Of a DNA stretch of 64,000 nucleotides, positions 38,103 to 50,366 are shown piece by piece (position 1 is the stretch's first letter; every line of letters starts with the position of its first letter). The DNA is taken from contig OZ037837.1 in NCBI GenBank assembly GCA_964035575.1, positions 1 through 64,000 on the forward strand, in the 5' to 3' direction. The notes beneath the pieces are model-generated. The model made no database searches, was not told the origin of the DNA, and worked only from the letters and a program-made list of their open reading frames with translations. The translations under genes were made by a program, and so were the position numbers. This DNA is from Rhynchopus sp. YZ270_cl-10 (Eukaryota).

Positions 38103-38177
38103 CTATGGTGAGGGTGGGCGTGTGTGGGTGGCGCACAGCTCTAAAGTAAAAACTAAAAAACTAAGATTTTTTAGAAT
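38103..38177. repeat. Short dispersed terminus of the 530-bp-unit family
   Basis: CTATGGTGAGGGTGGG..GTGGCGCACAGCTCTAAAGTAAAAACTAAAAAACTAAGATTTTTTAGAAT. Confidence 0.85.
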
Positions 38178-40882
38178 TTATAACGCACACCGCCACTCGA
38201 TACCAAAACAACAAAACGCAAAAAGGCAAAGAAGACAAAGGCGAGCACAGGAGGAGAGGTGTAAAGGTGGACTGGCCCACGTTCAAAAACCAGCCGTCCG
38301 GATGAAAGCACAAAATAAAAAGCTGTTGCAGGACGCACCACACCTCCTATCGTGCTAAGTCACCTTCGAGAAAGGGCTTTTCGGTCGGGTCTGACCGTAA
38401 CAAAGTTTTCAAAAAAAAAAGGAGAACATTAGCTTAAGAACTGATGAACACACGAGCATGAACACCATTTGAGGGGGTGAATTTATCATGCACGCGTGGC
38501 CAAAAACGTTCAAAAATTACAAAATGGCGAAAAGGAAAAATGATTTGTCTCAGAGCGCCAGAACACTGTACAATCGCACTCAGTGGCTGGGCGCTGAGCT
38601 CATTACATGTCCTTTCTGCAAACACGTAAAATTGTTGTTTGGGGAAATGGAAACAAACTCAGATGCTTTCTTTTGGAAAGCAAACAAAAACGCACAAAGA
38701 AAACAGAAAAACTTGTGAGACAAATAAAAAAGTATAGAATAAAGCATCGCAGGTGGGTGGGGGGGATTGGACGGAGTTTCAAAGGAGACCAAATGAATAC
38801 AACCTACAGGGAGACCGAAGCAGGCGTGACGCTGACTACCGGTAGTTTTTGGCAGTGCTGGCACTGTCTCTTGATTTGTTTTGTTGTTGTGAAAGCGAGG
38901 GGTTCCACACTGTGACTGGGCAGATAATGACTTTCCATATTCCTCGCGAATTAAAATAGATTGCACAGCGCCATTGCCAATGCAAACAAACAAGTATCGG
39001 TATTTAAATTACACCCTGTGTGGTGTTCGTTACACCCGTATTTCATAGCACCTTTGTAGCATGTGTGCAGTGTAATCCAAGAACGACAACAGTATTATAT
39101 TTTTGTCGTGTTTTTAATATTTCTTCAAAACTCCATCCAAAAATTGACATAACTCGAGCGGTGGTGTTTTAACTTGAACGTTAAATCCTGCTTCTCATAC
39201 AAACTGATCGAAAGGTACAAACAACATGAAACACACCTGGACAGGTGCGATTTATCATGTGTGCACAACAGGAAATCAAAAGGAAGAGGGGGAAATAAAA
39301 TGCTTCTGTCTGTTTGCCCCCTTGCGGGGGTCAGGCGTAATGAGTTTTCTTACTGGTGATAAGAAAACGTTTGTTTTTGTGTGTTCTTTGATAACTAATA
39401 TGGAGTAATTCTTGCGCAGAATATGGCACCAATGTGTATGTACCAGGTCTGTTAATTTGCCGAAACCATTTGTACTAAGGTACAGACGTAGTTCGTCCGC
39501 ACCATAAAGTATCAAAGAGCAATTTTTGTTTGTTTTTTAAAGTACCCTTCCAGGTAGTCCACACAAGAAGTGTTGTTCACTTTGTGCGGCACCTGCAAAA
39601 GGAAGAGACTATTCTTTCAAAGGTGGAGAGAAACGATAAAAATAAAAGAAAAGTTTATAAGATGATACTAAGCCTCTCGTGCTTAGCCACCTTGTATTAT
39701 AAAATCCAGATGCGAGGGTCGGGCCCCGGTTTTCAGGGCAAATACTATCTCGTCTCGATGGAGTGTTTGAGATTTGGGTGCAGAAAAATACCGTTCGCGT
39801 AAACATAATATTGTTGAAATGTAAAAATGTTGGAATGGTAGCCTACGCAAGGCGTTTTTTGAAGCGTTCCAACATTATTACGTTTACGGTACAGAAATGT
39901 GACTTGAAATAGCCCTCTCATCAACAGTGTTACAGTGTACTTATACAGATGATCGCAAAAACGCGATGTGGTAATAGAAAGGGAGGAAATGTGAAGTGTT
40001 GTGGAGGGTGTGGAGGGATAGGAAAAAATACGTGAAAATATTACTAAGTAAGCGTCAAAGAAAAAGAGAACAGCTTGTGAGGATGGATGCGTACAAAAGA
40101 AATCATTTGATGGTGTGGCTGAAAGGGGGGTCGGAAAAAGTGCAGAAAAGTGCGGAAAAAGTGCGAATCACCCCCTTTCAGCCACACCATTTGGGTAAAG
40201 AAAAGTTTAGAAAAGTTCGAGAGGAAAATTTTAGTATTTCAAGAGTTCGTGGTGAGGGGGGGGGCCATATTGACAGGTCCTTCGCCCAAAGGGGGGTACA
40301 CGGTGTTCAATTTCCTTTTAGCATTGCATGTAATCATAAAAACAAAGAAACGTGTCTTGTCTTCAGACTCTCATGCCACAATAAGGGAATAAGGCTTACG
40401 TTCTTTTCTTCGCAGCATGCAATGAACATGACTATCAAAATGATAACCTGATTCGCAGCTTCTGTTGTACGGGTAGTCCACACAACAACATTCCGGAATT
40501 AGATGTTTTCCCCTCTCAGGCGAAAGGGCAATACTCATGACATCCGAAGAATGTCATTTCCAGATGTCGTACAAAACAATAGAGAGAGAGAGAGAGAGAG
40601 AGGTAAAACGAATGAAGAAGCGATGCGTCTCTCGTGCGCACACATCTTTAATGACACAACAGTTAGGCGATATTCTGCGGGTGTTTTCCCGAAAAAAGCT
40701 CGCCAGACCTTTAGAAGATTCCACCCACAACGTATTGACAGAAATAGAGGCAATGAAAGAGGGTACAGAATAAAATGTTTCGCAGAAAATATGAAACTCA
40801 AAGAAGTGGGAAGACAACAAAAAAGCAGAACAATGAACAAAATTTGTGGGAAAAAATACAGGCGAACGAATGCGTGTAGCTT

Positions 40883-43763
40883 TCAAAGACTTGAAACTGC
40901 AAGCAGCCTCTCAAGTCTGTACTCCTTCTCGCACACCTCCCTCGCTGCAGTGCAGTGCCTTTCGACCTCTGCTCTGTCAGCGTCGCCAAGCTTCTTCGCC
41001 TCAGCAACAGCGTCGTCCCACTGTGCTGCGAAGATGTGCGCCATCGCAGTGTTGTGGTCATTGAAGGGGTTTGCCGCGAGACACCTGTCCAGCTGGTACA
41101 TCCACTCCTCGTCCTCAGTTTGCATCTCCTCACACAGCTCGCTCAGGACTAACGTATCACGGAACTTTGGGTACGACACACAGGCGACAGTTCTGGAGTA
41201 AAAGGCATTCGCAACAGACGAGTGCGTGACGTTGTCGTGCAGGATCGTTGTGCCGTAAGTTTTGTTGAGTCTCTCGAGTGCGTGCAGCCACGGCACACAC
41301 CCGCCAAGGAAGGTGTACTTCTTCATGCCTTGGCAGCCCATGTTCCCGCACCGCACCTCTGCACAGACGAAGGCCATCGAGAGTGTCCACTTCTGAGCCT
41401 GCAGTGTCTTGTCAGTGTGCACCTTGTGCGAGAACTTCGCTGCCTGCAGCTTCGGCGAGGTGCAGTGGCGTGCACCGTTCCAGTGCGTCATGACACGGTC
41501 GCCTGAGAAGCCGTCGTTCACACCGCTGAACTCGTGTGTGATGCACAGCACCGTGCTCAGGTACTCCGTGTGGTGTGCTTGCATCTCGCGACTTGGCAAC
41601 TCACGTGAGGCTTCAAAGAAGCTGCGCACGTTCACCACAGAAAAGGCCACCTTCTTTTGGTCAAGCTTCTGCATGGCAAGGAAGGGCTGTGCCACCAGAG
41701 ACCTGGACAACGAGCTGCAGTCGCTCGTACGGCTGAACGTTAGGTCCGTCACATCCTTCGAACTGTCGTTTGTGCCACTCTCCGTCATGTCCTCAACCAG
41801 CACAGAGGCAGGCATGTAGTTGCGGTACTCCTTCAGGTTGCGAAGCATCTGCAGGAACGACGTCTGCATGTGTCCCACCTCCTCGATGTTGCTGATGGCA
41901 CGTGTCTCGTCCACCTGCGACAGGTTCATCACAGCCACACGCGCCATCTCCTCCTGCAGCTGTACCAAAGGTGCGACAATGCGGATGACCAGCATCAGTG
42001 CCAGCAGCATCAGCAGCACACTTGCAACCACAACAGTCACAACAAGGATGATGCGTGAGCGCACAAGGTCCTCGTCCACGCTGTCAACCTCGTCACGGAT
42101 GCGTTCCTGTGCAGCAAGTGTGCTCCGGTCAATGTCGCCAAGCATGTACTCTCGGTCCAGGGTGATCACCAGCCACCAGTCTATACCAAAGCCGTCGTTC
42201 AGCCTTTGTGCACTGTGTGATTTGGGAAAGGGTTATTCCAGTGGACACTGACAAAAGGAGAATATACGTCATGTTGACGATATGGGTGGAGTGGCCTACA
42301 TACCGCAAGAAGAACTGCTCCTCAGTCCCGTTGACGGAGATCATGTACGCATGAATGCTTTTGTTGGCCATAGCATCGTAGCGCCCGTCAATGGCGTCAA
42401 TGTGTCGGGCCGTGGACCGGATGATCCCGTCCGTTGCGTTCACAGCATGTAGGGTTTTTGCGGTCATCGTCTCCCTTGAATAGAAGGTAGCTCTGAAGTG
42501 GTGTGGAGTGTGGAGAATTGCTATAAATCAAAGAAGAATGAACATTGGAAATACAAAGCACCTCTGTGCACGAGTGTAAAGTCTGAGCCGCAATGACGAA
42601 CCGCGAGAAACGTTTGCAGAGTGTACCTCAGAACATCTGACGCATCGGTGTCATAATATCATATCGGGTCTGAGCGGTGACAAAGCACATCACTCTCAGG
42701 AACACAAAAACACATACTCTCCGTGCGAAACTGCCGTCAGGACGTGCTCCTGGTTGAACTTCGGGTTTCCTGTCGCGTCATACATCCAGTTACTCTTCGC
42801 ACAGGTGTAGAGCCTTCCCTTTGACGTGGGCCCTCCCTTCCCAAGCTTGATTTTCGAAAGCTCGCGCGTGATGGCACGTACATCAAGACCGTGGGTGACG
42901 ACACCGAGTTTGGTACCCTGTACTGTCTCATGCGACCATGTGCCGAACATGAAGAGTCCGACGTAGGGCGGCACCACAAACAGATGTGACCAACGCACAC
43001 CAGTCTCGCCATGTACGGTGGTGAAGGCAGAGAGCTCGTACATGCCTTTGCGCGGGTCGAACCCCCACACACTGCAGCGGGACACAGGCTGCGAACCGTT
43101 CGTCTCGTATGCGGATTCAACATCCTTACATCCCGTCTGCTGTCCGTCGCTTGATGCTGTCAACGTGTTCTCCGGTGCCACAAACTCACCTGTGCGGGGA
43201 TGCACAGTAGCAATGATGGTCCGCTCCTGTGTAGGTGCGCCTGCCTCAGCATCGTAGTCGCTGCCGTTGTTGCTCCCCATGAAATAGTGGTGGTAGCCAT
43301 CTGCAGGGTTCGAGATCGTCCGTGAGTCCTCAAAAAGCATCAACGCCTGACCTTTGCGCCCTGCAACAACTGTGCCTGTCATCCCAACTTTGTTTAACAG
43401 ACGGAACCCGTTCACCAGTGAGGATCGCTTGTTGCGCATGAAGTCCCACGACTCAGACACCGCTGGTGGGTATGCTCCCATCTCAGCAACAACCTTCTGC
43501 GTCATGGTGCGGTGCATCTCAAGGAAGTTGACAATGATCTGCGACGCTCCCTCCTGCACAGACGTCAGGTAGTCCTCCAGTGCTGCCCGCAGGGACGCAT
43601 CCCCAGTGCCAAAGCATTCGTCAGCAGTGTTCTCAACAAGCGTGTTTGTGTCGGACAGTGCAGCGTCGGCACTCGTGATGCTCATCACCATGCACACCAC
43701 GGCTGTGATCACAATGCAGACTAGCGCAAGCAGGATGTTCAGGTTCCGCAACGACACTTTCAT
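40883..43763 (-). CDS. Tandem paralogue of the receptor-type cyclase-like gene. Introns 42493-42717 and 42213-42303
   Basis: Same exon structure and splice sites as 34883-37685, with long identical stretches. Confidence 0.85.
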
Positions 43764-44465
43764 CTTCGCTAATGTCCACACAATGTACACACCTGCAGGG
43801 TGTGGTGTAGTAAGTATGAAGTGAGGGTGGTGTGAGGCAGCCAGGGGGCGAGAACCAACACGTTTGTTTATTATTTTATTTTGAATGTTTCAATATCAAC
43901 GTTAGGAGAATGCGAGCACCACAACCGTACCCCTGACACTACCATTTAAGGTAAAATAGAGTGTCTGGATTTGGACACTTGACAAGGACAAACTTTACAG
44001 GAACAGACTCTTCGCGTTTCCCCAAAACTTCACCCAAGAAAAACCCCCTACTTTTTTTTTCTTTTTACTGTGTGTCTTTTCCTAATAAAAACAAATGCTG
44101 GAGCGTGAGGGAAGATCGGGGAGGGGACACGATGACCGGCTGCTGAAGGATCTCTTGGCGCCTTGTGAAGAAGCACCGACGAGGTTCCTCCATCAAGATG
44201 CACATCGCTGGTGGGTACGGAGCAGGGGGTGTGTTTGCAGACTGTCTTACGACAACAGAAAAATGCAAAACAAAAAAACGCACCCTCACAAACCACAGCA
44301 AAACAACAACAACAACAAAAGAAACAAAGAAACAAAGAACAGCTAAGATGTTCTAAGATGCAACACGGTGATCAAAAAAATAAGGTACAGCGTGTTGCAG
44401 GTTCCCTGCCAAAGAAAGAGGCACAGAGTACCAAAAGCGATGGCAGGGGTTTTAAAAAAAATGTA

Positions 44466-45155
44466 CCTACCCCCCCCCCCGTGCATAAGTCTGCGTATAA
44501 GTCCGATTTTTGGGGGGGCTGAGGGCCTCCGGACTTATACACGGGGTTTCGGCTTATGCACGGGTATCGGACTTATACACCGGTTTTGTGCACCCAGGTA
44601 CCCAGACCCATGAGGTGTCACGTGACCTCAGTGTGAATGACCCACACATGAGGGAATGTGACACCGCAAAATTTAACGGCCGTTTTCAACGCCGCAGGCA
44701 GGCCAAATAGCGTTTGACTCGGAGGAATGCCTGTGCAGGTATCAAACATGAGAACCAACTCCCAGCAACAAGGGGCGCCTTTTGGCTGTTGAGACTGTTT
44801 GGGGTGCAAAGTTTTCCACACTGTTGCAGTAACAGTTCGCATCTTTGAGAATTGTGAGGATGATGTATTGACATGAGAAGCGCGAATATGATCCCTGGTG
44901 AATACACCGCCAATAAAAATAAAGTTACGCTCGCTTCGCTCGCGGAAAAACACCCCAAAAATTTTCCCCCGCTCGCTTCGCGAGCGGGAAAACGCCCCCA
45001 AAAAAATTCTCCCCACCACCAATACACAAAACCGGTGTATAAGTCGGCCTGTGCATAAGTCCGATCCTGAGCCCAAATCTGCCCGGACTTATACACGGGT
45101 CATCGGACTTATGCACGGGTAATGGGGGTCGGACTTATGCACGGGGGGGGGTAGG
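44466..45155. mobile_element. Non-autonomous TIR element with TA duplication
   Basis: TA|CCTAC(C)nGTGCATAAGTC ... GACTTATGCAC(G)nTAGG|TA. Many CGGACTTATRCAC subrepeats. Confidence 0.85.
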
Positions 45156-45450
45156 TAAAATAAAATAAAATGAAAATATTGTTACCATTCCTTTTTAGGG
45201 AACGGAGGCATGTACTGTCCTAAGCTCCAAAAAATAGAGTCAGCGGGGCTAAAGAGGAAGTTGCCTTCCCAAACAGTACACACAACTGGAAAAAGGGGAG
45301 GTGTCGTCCCTCACCTACATCATTGAAATAACATTGATTACCAATGGTAATCTCCATTGCTTTTATTGGCATTTTTTGGCATTAGCTGTTACACAGGTAT
45401 TTGGAGTGGTGTGCACACGACGCTCTGCACATGTAGCTTTAAAAAAAAAA

Positions 45451-47616
45451 GGGAAATATTCATATTGGAACCGAAACTTTGGGGAACCGGTCATTTCGGA
45501 ACCGGGAACCGGGGAACCGGGAACCGGTTCCCGGGAACCATACGGGGGGAACCAGGGAACCGGTTCCCGGGGACCGGTTCCCTGGTTCCCGTGTGGTTCC
45601 CCCTGTGGTTCCCCGTTACTGGGTACTGGGTACTGGGTACTGGGTACTGGGTACTGGGTACTGGGTACTGGGTACTGGGTACTGGGTACTGGGTACTGGG
45701 TACTGGGTACTGGCCAGTGAAGGCACCTTGACAGCTTACAGGTTACGGTGAAGATAAGGTATGTAAATGTGTTTAACTTTCAGTTACTTGTGTAGATTCA
45801 ACAAGACGTCCAGTGGTTTGCGGTATTTTTTTAGTGTCTGTTTTAGTGTGAGTTTTGAAAAGGTTCTGTAGTACAACGCTTTCGTACGCCGTGTTTCACC
45901 ACTTTTACCATTAACCTAACTACTTCTACGTTTGTACACCATAACTTAATCACACCCCACATTTATACAGGATCGTGAAATATGACTGTATCTGCAATTG
46001 CGATGAAAGAAGCTTCGCCTCGTCCGACATTCAACAACTCAAAATTCAACGGGTGTTCACCCGCATCAGTCTATTCTGGTTTGCGGGTGAAATACCTGGG
46101 GGTGGAAGGGTGGGGGGAACATTTTGTCAGTCACTGCTATAGCCATTTAACCCAGGGAGCATAGCTAGTGCAAGAAATTCGACTTTGGAAACCTTCCGGA
46201 AAGTCTGTCCTCTGCTTGCGGAGGACTAGACACAAGAAAATATTGCGTTCCCCCAGAAAACCAGTGCACAATTCACACTCCTTGTGGGTGGTCTTGTTGC
46301 CTTTTCGTCATAGTAATTTTGGCCCAGGCATGCTCTTGAAGCATGGCAATTTAGTGTGTATGGGGCAGGGTGTTGTTTTGTTCTGAATTCTCTTTGTTAT
46401 AACATCTAAGTCAATCGCGGGTGGTGGTTTGTGTAGCGTGAGGCACTCTTTTTAGCAAACTTCCTGCGGCTGCTAAAGTGTTATTTCTTCGGATTTAACA
46501 ACGTACAGCGTAACATAGTGGTTTAGCCTGGTCGACACAACCTTTGATAGATACGGGATAACCAACCCCCTTCGACCCCTCGTGGGTTCACTGAACAAGC
46601 CCTAGTGGTAGTTAAACGCGATTGACATTTACATTCCTAGAGATGAAAGAACAAGATAACACTTCTGTACCCGCGCATCAAAATTGTGGAAAACTTTGCA
46701 CCCCAAACACCCTCAACAACGCCCGCCAAAAGGCGCCCCTTGTTGCTGGGAGTTGTTCTCATGTTTGATACCTGCACAGCGGGCATTCCTCTGAGTCCAA
46801 CGCATGTTTGGCCTGTCTGCGGCGTTGTACTTCAGGTGCACGAAGACAGGGTCTGGTGGTAAATTTTGCGTAGTACTGCGACGTGGTACTGCGTGGGTCT
46901 GGGAATTTGGGTACCTGGGTACAGGAAATTTGTTGTGGAAGACATCAACCACCATGCATTGAGGAGGGTAAGACAGTGTTCGCAGTTTCTACCTGATAGC
47001 ATTACAACATTTAACTTCTCCACGGGGGTCTTGGGCCGTTCACTCGGTTCTACCTTGACTACCGGAAGATATTCTTGAGGCCTTTTTGGTCTCTAGAATA
47101 TCCGGTATTCCCGAACGGAGGCACACTTTGTGTGCTACTACGACCTGGCAATTTCCAGCAGTAGGTTAAGTAATCTTTCTTGTAAATTGTTGGATCATTA
47201 TCTCCTCAGTGCATGCATGCCCCACGTGACTGGACACTTTTGTGTTTGTCATGTGGAGCTGTGGTTGCTCTTTCACGACTTTTTTCCTGTTCCTGGGTAC
47301 CTGTTCCTGGACCTGGGTACCTGGGGAACCAGGGAACCAGGGAACCGGTTCCCTGGTTCCCCCTGTACGGTTCCCGGGAACCACAGGGGGAACCACACGG
47401 GAACCAGGGAACCGGTTCCCGGGAACCGGTTCCCTGGTTCCCGGGAACCACAGGGGAACCACAGGGGGAACCACACGGGAACCAGGGAACTGGTTCCCGG
47501 GAACCAGTTCCCTGGTTCCCCCCGTATGGTTCCCGGGAACCGGTTCCCGGTTCCCCGGTTCCCGGTTCCGAAATGACCGGTTCCCCAAAGTTCTGGTTCC
47601 AATATGAATATTTCCC
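45451..47616. mobile_element. Foldback/Mutator-like element with ~160-bp modular TIRs
   Basis: GGGAAATATTCATATTGGAACC ... GGTTCCAATATGAATATTTCCC. Arms are built of GGGAACC units. Both flanks are poly(A), compatible with a ~9-bp TSD but not diagnostic. No transposase seen. Confidence 0.8.
45617..45713. repeat. 7-bp tandem repeat (TACTGGG)n, about 14 copies
   Basis: Read directly. Confidence 0.95.
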
Positions 47617-50075
47617 AAAAAAAAAAGAAGAAAACGTTTGTAAGATGACAAACTCTAATAAGCTCCCCGTGAGCATTAGTCATCCACGTACGCTTGAGAT
47701 GAAGTTGAAGTTAAAATAATATTCAATTTATTGACCAGGATCACAAAAGAGTATGGACCTTGAAAAATGTTTGTGCATTTTACACACATTAGCAGTATAC
47801 AACATTGCAACAGTCAATCGCACATGGAAAGCCTTTTTGGCATCCTCACGTGTGATAAACTGAAAAAAAACATAGAGGGGTAAAAAAACAAGAAAATTTG
47901 TTCAAAAAAGAAATACTGTTTGAATACAGGAAAGCGAAACGGGGATAGGCATGTGGCCTTAAGAGACGGTCCCATATTGTTTTTTTCGGCTTTTTTGTTT
48001 CGAAATCAGCACCCCTATGAGGAATGTTGATCCGAAGTTTGTTTTAAAGACCTAATAATGGGATTTTGTAGTAGCTCGCTCTGTTTTTTAGTCAACGAAA
48101 TTGTACAGCGATCGAGAGGGGAAAACATAATAAATTTGGACCAGAAAAAAAACTTTTTTGTGGAATTTTTTTTTCTCGTGGACCCTAAATATTTAGAAAT
48201 CACGGTAAAAAAATCATTGTTCACTATTGTAAAGTACTAAACCCCGTATGTTCTGTACAGAATGACTACCCAAATGGTAAACGGGTACGCAGTGCATGCG
48301 TTGCTCACGACTGACAGTGACCGAAAGGGAAATATCTCTCTCTGGGCCCTGTACTTATTGTTGTACAAAAAAAAAATCAAAAAAAAAATATTCAAACAAA
48401 AGGAACAAAGTATGACGCCTCTCGTGCACAAAAAACAAAACAAAAAAAAAATCATTAAAAATGAAGGACAACTTTCAGATTAGAAAAAGGCGCAAAGAGA
48501 AATATTTTCCTAGAAGAACCTTAAAATCGACGTTGTCATCAAAAGAGTCCCTTTAAAAGGGCATTAATTTGAAGCTGTCTTACATGTCTTGCGGCAATAT
48601 CTCTTCGAGAGAACAAGATCGCTTTTTTTTGACAGGAACGGGGTGAAGAGGAGAGGGTAGGACAAACCACAATACATCTACACAAAAAAAAATTCAATCG
48701 AAAAACACCACAGAATGATTCAGTCTGAATATTTGTGGGTTTTTCACTTGAATATTCGTTAAATGGTTTGTAAGGTACTCGACAGTAAATGAATGATCTG
48801 ACTTTGTGGTTTTCCCGTTGTAACCCAACGGGTAAAACCAAAAATAATAAAAACCCCGTTCGTCTTTTGTTTAGTTGGTACGTCATACGCAATAAAACAA
48901 CAAGTCTCAGATGTTTTAATCATTTTACCACCACAAAGCATTGTCCTAATACAAAGTGAACCCACAAATCAAGTCATCTACTTCACTGTCGTGTGTCTAC
49001 TGCCCTGCCCTCCCAAGACACCCCTGTACATGGAAGACGTTCAAAAATACACAAAAACACACGTCTTCGTTGCCGTCTTTGTACCAAAAAATATTGGTGA
49101 CACGCAGACTCAACGTGGCTTTGGTATACACAAATTAGGTGAAAGGGGAAAGGAATATAAGGGGAAAAGGGGAAAGGGGGAAAAAATTAAAATTGATGCA
49201 GTGTACACCACTCTTTTCTGTTACGTTTTTTTAATTCAGATGTAAATTTTTCAGAGTGCAAACAAAAAATGTTGGATAAGATAAACCTCGGACCCTCTTT
49301 TTTGGAGAGAAAAAAAGTCCCACAAAATTCCTGATTAAACAAGTTCGATTTCAAAACCGGTTTAGAAGGATCACCAGGCCTGATGCAAACTAATTTTTTT
49401 AAGGGTGTGCATGTTTCTTACACGCCACAACCACAATATGAGCTTCTCGATACAGACTGTTGGAGATGTGAGGCCTTTTTGGCACACAACACCCACAAAA
49501 CAGGTCATTTGTTGAACATTGAGGCGCTTTAAAAAGGGGCTTTTCCCCCATCATGTGTTCAATACAAGCAGTGAAACGCGACTTGAGGCAAAACCTTCAA
49601 TACCCAAAACAGGTCTTGAACGACGAGGGGCTTTTTGACAGCCTCTTTTGCGTTCTTTGCCCGTAAGGGTCTGCAAAGCCACAAAAGCTGAAAAACCCCA
49701 TTTTTAATTCCCCCCTTTTTCCAAAGATGACCTACCTTATGAACGCCCTTTTTGGGCTTCGTGGTAGGATACTAGAAAGGGGGGAAATGAACAAAAATTG
49801 AAAAAAAAAAATATTTTGAAATGGTGCATGCAGCTCATCCCAAAAATAGTAATTTTTGTACCTCTTTTGATTATTTTGTGGTACTTGGGGCGTTTTGAGC
49901 CACACCATAAAAGATAAAAAATATGCTTCACGTCCACATCTAAGAATCTTCCCAAAAAGCTGAAGTCTCCGCAAACGAAGCCCTCCCCCATCAGGAACAC
50001 AAAATAAACCCCCGTCTCCCCCCCTCACTGAAGTTTCCACAACTCCTCCCCCACACTTCCGCATGCTCCTTGCAG

Positions 50076-50366
50076 CTACTGAATGGGCTCACTGCGTCCA
50101 CAACAGAGTGTCGTGTTAGAGTCGGTAAAGCCAACAGACTGCACCGACTCGAAGCAAGGAACCGGCACATCCTCTCCGAGGTTACTGCACGGTGGCGTCG
50201 TCGGACATTCAGGATCGTTCATCTGCGTGAGCGGAAGCAGGCTAGGGTGCTTCAGTGCATCTCGCGCTTCCTTGCTACGTCTGCAAAACAACCCTACTGC
50301 CAATCCGCACACAAGACAGCACAGACCCCCACAGGCTCCTATCACCAGCACAGGGATCAGTTCCAT
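50076..50366 (-). pseudogene. Possible last exon or remnant of a small membrane-protein gene
   Basis: LIPVLVIGACGGLCCLVCGLAVGLFCRR resembles the TM segment of the 56942/62957 proteins. CA-rich intron-like tracts lie upstream. No full gene model could be built. Confidence 0.3.

Noticed and set aside
45301..47719. GNR/EPG/YWVLGTG ORFs
   Set aside because: They are translations of TIR subrepeats and the 7-bp repeat.
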